Positions 34,075-37,470 of a stretch of DNA of 37,470 bases are shown one piece after another. Every line of letters begins with the position of its first letter. Position 1 is the stretch's first letter. The position numbers were made by a program, and so were the translations under genes. The notes under the pieces were generated by a model. The model searched no databases. It was not told the DNA's origin and worked only from the letters and a program-made list of their open reading frames with translations. Source of the DNA: a virus; IMG/VR virus record IMGVR_UViG_3300018492_000224, positions 1 through 37,470 of that record; one strand, written 5' to 3'.

Positions 34075-34890
34075 ATGAAACGGATTATTCCAATCGATGA
34101 CCACGGTATGTTTTGCGATAGTAAGGATACCGCAAGGTTAGATAGTAGATTTGTAGCAAAAGCGTTTGAAAAGAGACACGACAATATCCTGAGAGATATC
34201 GAACAGTTGGATTGTTCGGATGAGTTCCGACTCCTCAACTTTGAGGAGTCCTATTACAAGAACGAGCAGGGAAAGAAACAGAAGTGTTTCGTTATGACTA
34301 GAGACGGATTTGTTTTTCTGGCTATGGGTTACAGAGGAAAGAAAGCGGCTCGATTCAAAGAAGAATACATAAAACGTTTCAATCAGATGGAGCAATTTAT
34401 CAGAACTCTGGTAAGCGCAAGAAAAGAATTCCCTCTGCTTACTGAGAACGTAAAACTTCTGCACGACAATCCGAAACCATATCACTTTAGCAATGAGTGT
34501 GACATGCTCAATAGAATTGTGCTTGGCATGAGTGCAAAGCAGTTTCGCGAAAAGCACGGTTTACAGAAAGGGACAAGCATTAGACCCTATCTGACAGATG
34601 AACAGATTCATTGGCTGGATGTTCTTCAGAGAGTTGATGTGGGCCTATTGGTATCCGTTCCAACTCTTGAGCGTTTTATTGATTTAATTGTTTCAATAGC
34701 AAGCTTAATATCTTCAGGATCAATCCCATTTTGTTGCGCTTCTCTTGTCAAACTAAGGTATATACCGTCCAAATTTTCGATTGAGTTAGTAGGAGTTTCT
34801 TCTCCGGTAGCAAGATATTCAGTAGAAACATTCAGGTATTTCGCAATTTTTCTAAGTCTATCTTCTGGGAAGACTCCCTTTTTTAATTGA
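34075..34890 (+). CDS. Rha-family phage regulatory protein (3' end probably run-on)
   Basis: DSRFVAKAFEKRHDNILRDIEQL...FVMTRDGFVFLAMGYRGKKAARFKEEYIKRFNQME is a Phage_pRha domain. The last roughly 70 codons are antisense to the 34626..34988 gene and are Ser/Leu/Ile/Phe-rich. Confidence 0.65.
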   Translation: MKRIIPIDDHGMFCDSKDTARLDSRFVAKAFEKRHDNILRDIEQLDCSDEFRLLNFEESYYKNEQGKKQKCFVMTRDGFVFLAMGYRGKKAARFKEEYIKRFNQMEQFIRTLVSARKEFPLLTENVKLLHDNPKPYHFSNECDMLNRIVLGMSAKQFREKHGLQKGTSIRPYLTDEQIHWLDVLQRVDVGLLVSVPTLERFIDLIVSIASLISSGSIPFCCASLVKLRYIPSKFSIELVGVSSPVARYSVETFRYFAIFLSLSSGKTPFFN

Positions 34891-34988
34891 CCGATATAAC
34901 CATTTGAAAATCCCAATTCTTTTTCTAATTTACTTATTGCTATTTTCCTTTCTTTGCATATCGCTTTTACCCGCTCTACGCTATTCAT
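34626..34988 (-). CDS. cI-like XRE-family repressor
   Basis: MNSVERVKAICKERKIAISKLEKELGFSNGYIGQLKKG is an HTH_XRE. GGAGG lies 7 nt upstream of ATG 34988. It is divergent from the Cro-like gene at 35199. Confidence 0.75.
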   Translation of the reverse strand: MNSVERVKAICKERKIAISKLEKELGFSNGYIGQLKKGVFPEDRLRKIAKYLNVSTEYLATGEETPTNSIENLDGIYLSLTREAQQNGIDPEDIKLAIETIKSIKRSRVGTDTNRPTSTL

Positions 34989-35030
34989 AAAATAACCTCC
35001 ATTTTTTTAGTGTAAAACCTAAAAATGTTC

Positions 35031-35059
35031 TTGACAAAATAGAGGATACTCTATATAAT
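35031..35059 (+). promoter_or_regulatory. Consensus sigma70-type rightward promoter (TTGACA-17-TATAAT), early operon
   Basis: TTGACA at 35031-35036 and TATAAT at 35054-35059. The palindrome ATAGAG-GATA-CTCTAT (35039-35054) lies in the spacer and -10. Confidence 0.65.
35039..35054. promoter_or_regulatory. Palindromic operator candidate O1 (ATAGAGgataCTCTAT)
   Basis: Perfect 6+4+6 inverted repeat overlapping the rightward promoter. Confidence 0.5.
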
Positions 35060-35128
35060 TGGCTTAGAAAGTTAGAGAAAAGCCTAAATATAGAATGGCC
35101 TCTAAAAAATAGTTTCTAGACAATTCTT

Positions 35129-35157
35129 ATTTTAGAGTATTATCTATAAAAAGTCAA
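35129..35157 (-). promoter_or_regulatory. Candidate leftward promoter (TTGACT-17-TAAAAT)
   Basis: On the minus strand, the -35 is at 35157..35152 and the -10 at 35134..35129. It faces the rightward promoter. Confidence 0.4.
35132..35147. promoter_or_regulatory. Palindromic operator candidate O2 (TTAGAGtattATCTAT)
   Basis: Same 6+4+6 design as O1 with one mismatch. It overlaps the candidate leftward promoter. Confidence 0.4.
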
Positions 35158-35198
35158 TAGGTTTTTCTCTAACAATTTGACAGAAAGGAGGTAAGTAG

Positions 35199-35414
35199 AT
35201 GCTATTAAAACGTCTGGAAGAGTGGTGCAAGGTAAACGGCACAAATATCTCAAGATTGGAATCTGAATGTGGACTTGGAAATGCCACAATTAGAGGATGG
35301 AATAAATCTATTCCCAGAGCTGATATTCTTTTGCGAGTTTCTTCCGTAACCAAGATTCCAATTAACGAACTTATAGATTGTATTAACGCTTCGAACAAGG
35401 AGGAAAGTAAATGA
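35199..35414 (+). CDS. Cro-like XRE-family HTH protein
   Basis: LKRLEEWCKVNGTNISRLESECGLGNATIRGWNK is an HTH_XRE. AAAGGAGG lies upstream. It is the first gene of the rightward operon. Confidence 0.7.
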   Translation: MLLKRLEEWCKVNGTNISRLESECGLGNATIRGWNKSIPRADILLRVSSVTKIPINELIDCINASNKEESK

Positions 35415-36223
35415 ATGAATTACAGATTTTTGAAAATGTGGAGTTTGGCTCTGTGAGAACACTGATGATAAACGATGCCCCATATTTTGTGGGAAAAGAT
35501 GTAGCGGAGATTCTTGGCTATGCGAATCCACGTAAAGCTATCATCGACCATGTGGATGAAGAGGACAAGATGGATGGGGTAACGATTCGTGACTCCATAG
35601 GAAGAGAGCAAAATCCTGTGCTTATCAATGAATCTGGTCTATACAGTCTTATCCTCTCAAGCAAGATGCCAAATGCCAAAAAATTTAAGCACTGGGTGAC
35701 AGCAGAGGTACTTCCTTCCATCAGAAAGACAGGTGGATATATCGTAGGACAGGAACAACTTACAGATGCTGAATTGATGGCAAAGGCTCTGATGGTGGCT
35801 CAAAAAACTATTGAGGCCAGAACGGAAGAAGTCAAATCCCTCAAGATGCTAAATGCAGTCCAGCAGCAACAGATTGCAGAGTTGAATCCAAAGGCAACGT
35901 ATTATGATTTAGTACTGCAGTGTCCTGATTTGATTTCTGTAACGGAAATTGCGAAAGATTATGGTAAGAGTGCAAAGTGGTTAAATAAGATTTTATCTGA
36001 AAACAAGGTTCAGTATAAACAGCGTGGTGTATGGCTGCTGTATCAGAAATATGCTGAAAAAGGTTATACAAGCACGAAGAAAGAGCCTTTCATTGACGCA
36101 AAGGGTATCCAGCATACCAAACCACATACCTACTGGACTCAGAAGGGGAGACTGTTTCTCTATGAATTCCTAAAAGGACTTGGATATCTCCCCATTGTGG
36201 AGCAGCAGATAGAAGAAGCATAA
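35411..36223 (+). CDS. Antirepressor (Bro-N domain + KilA-C domain)
   Basis: N-terminal LQIFENVEFGSVRTLMINDAPYFVGKDVAEILGY...SGLYSLILSSKMPNAKKFKHWVTAEVLPSIRKTG is Bro-N. C-terminal SVTEIAKDYGKSAKWLNKILSENKVQYKQ is KilAC-like. Confidence 0.8.
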   Translation: MNELQIFENVEFGSVRTLMINDAPYFVGKDVAEILGYANPRKAIIDHVDEEDKMDGVTIRDSIGREQNPVLINESGLYSLILSSKMPNAKKFKHWVTAEVLPSIRKTGGYIVGQEQLTDAELMAKALMVAQKTIEARTEEVKSLKMLNAVQQQQIAELNPKATYYDLVLQCPDLISVTEIAKDYGKSAKWLNKILSENKVQYKQRGVWLLYQKYAEKGYTSTKKEPFIDAKGIQHTKPHTYWTQKGRLFLYEFLKGLGYLPIVEQQIEEA

Positions 36224-36234
36224 GGAGGCAAAAC

Positions 36235-36450
36235 ATGAGAAAGAAAATACAAAGACAGGCAACAATCAGAGCAGTAGTTGACTTTGTCAGAGGAAAGAAA
36301 TTCCATTCTGCAGGAACCATTGTAAATGAAAAGGATGAAGAAATTGGAGTATCATTTATATTTTTTGAAAGCGGAAAACCGGAGGAATCAGCAACACATT
36401 GGTCTATTCATTGCCTGAATAATGGAACTTTGCAAATTGTGGAATGGTAA
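36235..36450 (+). CDS. Hypothetical protein
   Basis: 71-aa ORF with AGGAGG upstream. Confidence 0.5.
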   Translation: MRKKIQRQATIRAVVDFVRGKKFHSAGTIVNEKDEEIGVSFIFFESGKPEESATHWSIHCLNNGTLQIVEW

Positions 36451-36512
36451 AGTGAGGTAAAAGACAAAATGGACGAAAAAAAATAATCGCCGCAATCCTA
36501 GATTTAGAAGAA

Positions 36513-36803
36513 GTGGTGAATAAAGCGGAAGAATTACATGCGATTACACTATTACAATACGATTCTTTTGTAGAAGGATCATGTTTCGCTAGTAATAGCC
36601 ATGTTTATAAAACCACCACTAATATCATTGAAAGAGAAGCTGGAGAAGTTCATGAAATGTTACAAGAAAAATTTAATCAGTTGTATGGCTTAGTAAAAGC
36701 AGAAAAACCAACTGAAATAGTTCAAGAAGGAGGTAAAGCGGATGAAAGAACAACTGTTATACACGGTGCCGGAGGTAGCCAAAATACTCCGGTGCAATCC
36801 TAA
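36513..36803 (+). CDS. Hypothetical protein (start unresolved)
   Basis: The frame is open from 36456 but has no ATG. GTG 36513 lacks a clear SD. A well-placed ATG 36469 is one frame off across an A8 run. Confidence 0.4.
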   Translation: MVNKAEELHAITLLQYDSFVEGSCFASNSHVYKTTTNIIEREAGEVHEMLQEKFNQLYGLVKAEKPTEIVQEGGKADERTTVIHGAGGSQNTPVQS

Positions 36804-36996
36804 AAGGGTTTATTCCCTAAACAAAGCTGGCTTGCTGCCATTTATGAAACTTGGTCAGATGAAATGCCGCAGAGAAACCTTAATTGCTTTTCTGGAAAAA
36901 TATGAGGGCTATGACGTGTCTGATCCATTCCATATTACACCTTTGCAGACAGACACACTTGGTGATGAATTATGCGAGACGGATACAGATATGTAG
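36742..36996 (+). CDS. Excisionase-family / MerR-like HTH protein
   Basis: LLYTVPEVAKILRCNPKRVYSLNKAGLLPFMKLGQMKCRRETLIAFLEKYE matches the HTH_17 pattern. Strong SD GAAGGAGG. Confidence 0.65.
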   Translation: MKEQLLYTVPEVAKILRCNPKRVYSLNKAGLLPFMKLGQMKCRRETLIAFLEKYEGYDVSDPFHITPLQTDTLGDELCETDTDM

Positions 36997-37211
36997 TTTG
37001 CGGCGACTGCGGTAGGATCTGGAACATCGCCAGGGGGCAGGATACCAGACACGGCTATCTTTGCCCGCAATGTACATACAAGCGTCGCATGGAGAGGAGG
37101 AAAAAAGATGGACAAGCTCATCATTACGCTGCTGGTGGTAATCGGGGTGTTAGTTCTTTTTCTGGGAATTGCGCTGGAAGAAATCAAAACATTACAACAA
37201 GACAAGCGTGA
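36972..37211 (+). CDS. Hypothetical zinc-ribbon protein
   Basis: VCGDCGRIWN...YLCPQCTYK (CxxC..CxxC). The 3' third overlaps the next ORF and may be run-on. Confidence 0.4.
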   Translation: MRDGYRYVVCGDCGRIWNIARGQDTRHGYLCPQCTYKRRMERRKKDGQAHHYAAGGNRGVSSFSGNCAGRNQNITTRQA

Positions 37212-37275
37212 CTGGAAAAACCGCTATTACGCAGCGGCGCAGATCAGGTCTAGAGGTGGTGTCGGTGAAAAATGA
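37108..37275 (+). CDS. Small membrane protein (55 aa)
   Basis: Not in the ORF track. Sequence MDKLIITLLVVIGVLVLFLGIALEEIKTLQQDKRDWKNRYYAAAQIRSRGGVGEK. GAGGAGG lies upstream. ATGA overlap with the next gene. Confidence 0.45.
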   Translation: MDKLIITLLVVIGVLVLFLGIALEEIKTLQQDKRDWKNRYYAAAQIRSRGGVGEK

Positions 37276-37470
37276 AACCAGTATGTGACTATGATTGCTT
37301 TCACTGCCCGTATGAGGACTGCATCAATGATGAAATGAGGTTCGAAGATTATCAGGAAGGAAAGGAGCTAGAGTTAATTTCTGGGGCGAAGAAATATAAC
37401 ACTTCGGAATCACATAGAGCCGCTCAGAAGAAGTACCGGGAGGAAAACAAAGAAAAGGTAGCTGCTTACA
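37272..37470 (+). CDS. 5' part of wrap-around gene (continues at nt 44..156)
   Basis: ATG 37272 overlaps the upstream stop. N-terminus is MKPVCDYDCFHCPYEDCIN. The ORF runs off the window end in frame with nt 44 onward. Confidence 0.6.
   Translation, partial: MKPVCDYDCFHCPYEDCINDEMRFEDYQEGKELELISGAKKYNTSESHRAAQKKYREENKEKVAAY
37428..37470. repeat. Terminal direct repeat, right copy (identical to 1..43)
   Basis: Exact 43-nt identity with the window start. Confidence 0.9.

Noticed and set aside
1-37470. Search by eye for tRNA, rRNA, CRISPR, integrase, transposase and reverse-transcriptase (DGR) features
   Set aside because: None was seen. The intergenic space is small and is accounted for by the origin, promoters and terminators. 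Absence should be confirmed with tRNAscan and HMM tools.

Overview
The window is a complete, circularly closed phage genome. The first 43 nt equal the last 43 nt, giving a unit length of 37,427 bp. It is a contractile-tailed dsDNA phage whose late-gene order parallels PBSX (Xkd K-M-N-O-P-Q-R-S-T-U-V-W-X, then lysis). The host is probably a Firmicutes/Clostridia-type bacterium, judged from strong GGAGG Shine-Dalgarno (SD) sites and an NlpC/P60 endolysin with a Cu-amine-oxidase-N-like wall-binding tail.

Almost everything is on the + strand.

(1) The early/replication operon starts around 35.2 kb, wraps the contig ends and stops at an intrinsic terminator near 8.78 kb. It encodes a Cro-like HTH protein, a Bro-N/KilAC antirepressor, an excisionase-type HTH protein, an acidic small protein, a Cas4-like PD-(D/E)XK nuclease, SSB, an ERCC4 nuclease and a DUF927 P-loop helicase. 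These are followed by an iteron/AT-rich origin, a 610-aa C5 methyltransferase, YopX and a sigma-r4-like late regulator.

(2) The late operon runs from 8.8 to 32.6 kb. It encodes TerS, TerL, portal, a gp7-like head protein, a scaffold, two paralogous decoration proteins (one collagen-like), the major capsid protein and connectors. Then come sheath, tube, a chaperone with a canonical -1 frameshift site, tape measure, baseplate, fibre, three membrane proteins and the endolysin.

(3) A regulatory region at 32.6-35.2 kb carries three leftward XRE repressor-like genes, a Cro-like gene and a Rha gene.

I saw no integrase, partition genes, tRNA, rRNA or CRISPR.

The items most worth follow-up are:
- a consensus-promoter-driven pair of tiny hydrophobic peptides with an adjacent HTH gene, sitting in the slot where an integrase normally lies (possible type I toxin-like or exclusion cassette);
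- a promoter-plus-terminator-bounded zinc-ribbon membrane protein inserted in the baseplate module;
- a methyltransferase with six tandem TRD-like modules;
- a switch region with two similar palindromic operators, each overlapping an apparently face-to-face promoter;
- an origin-like iteron array.

All functional calls come from motif recognition by eye. No database search was run.
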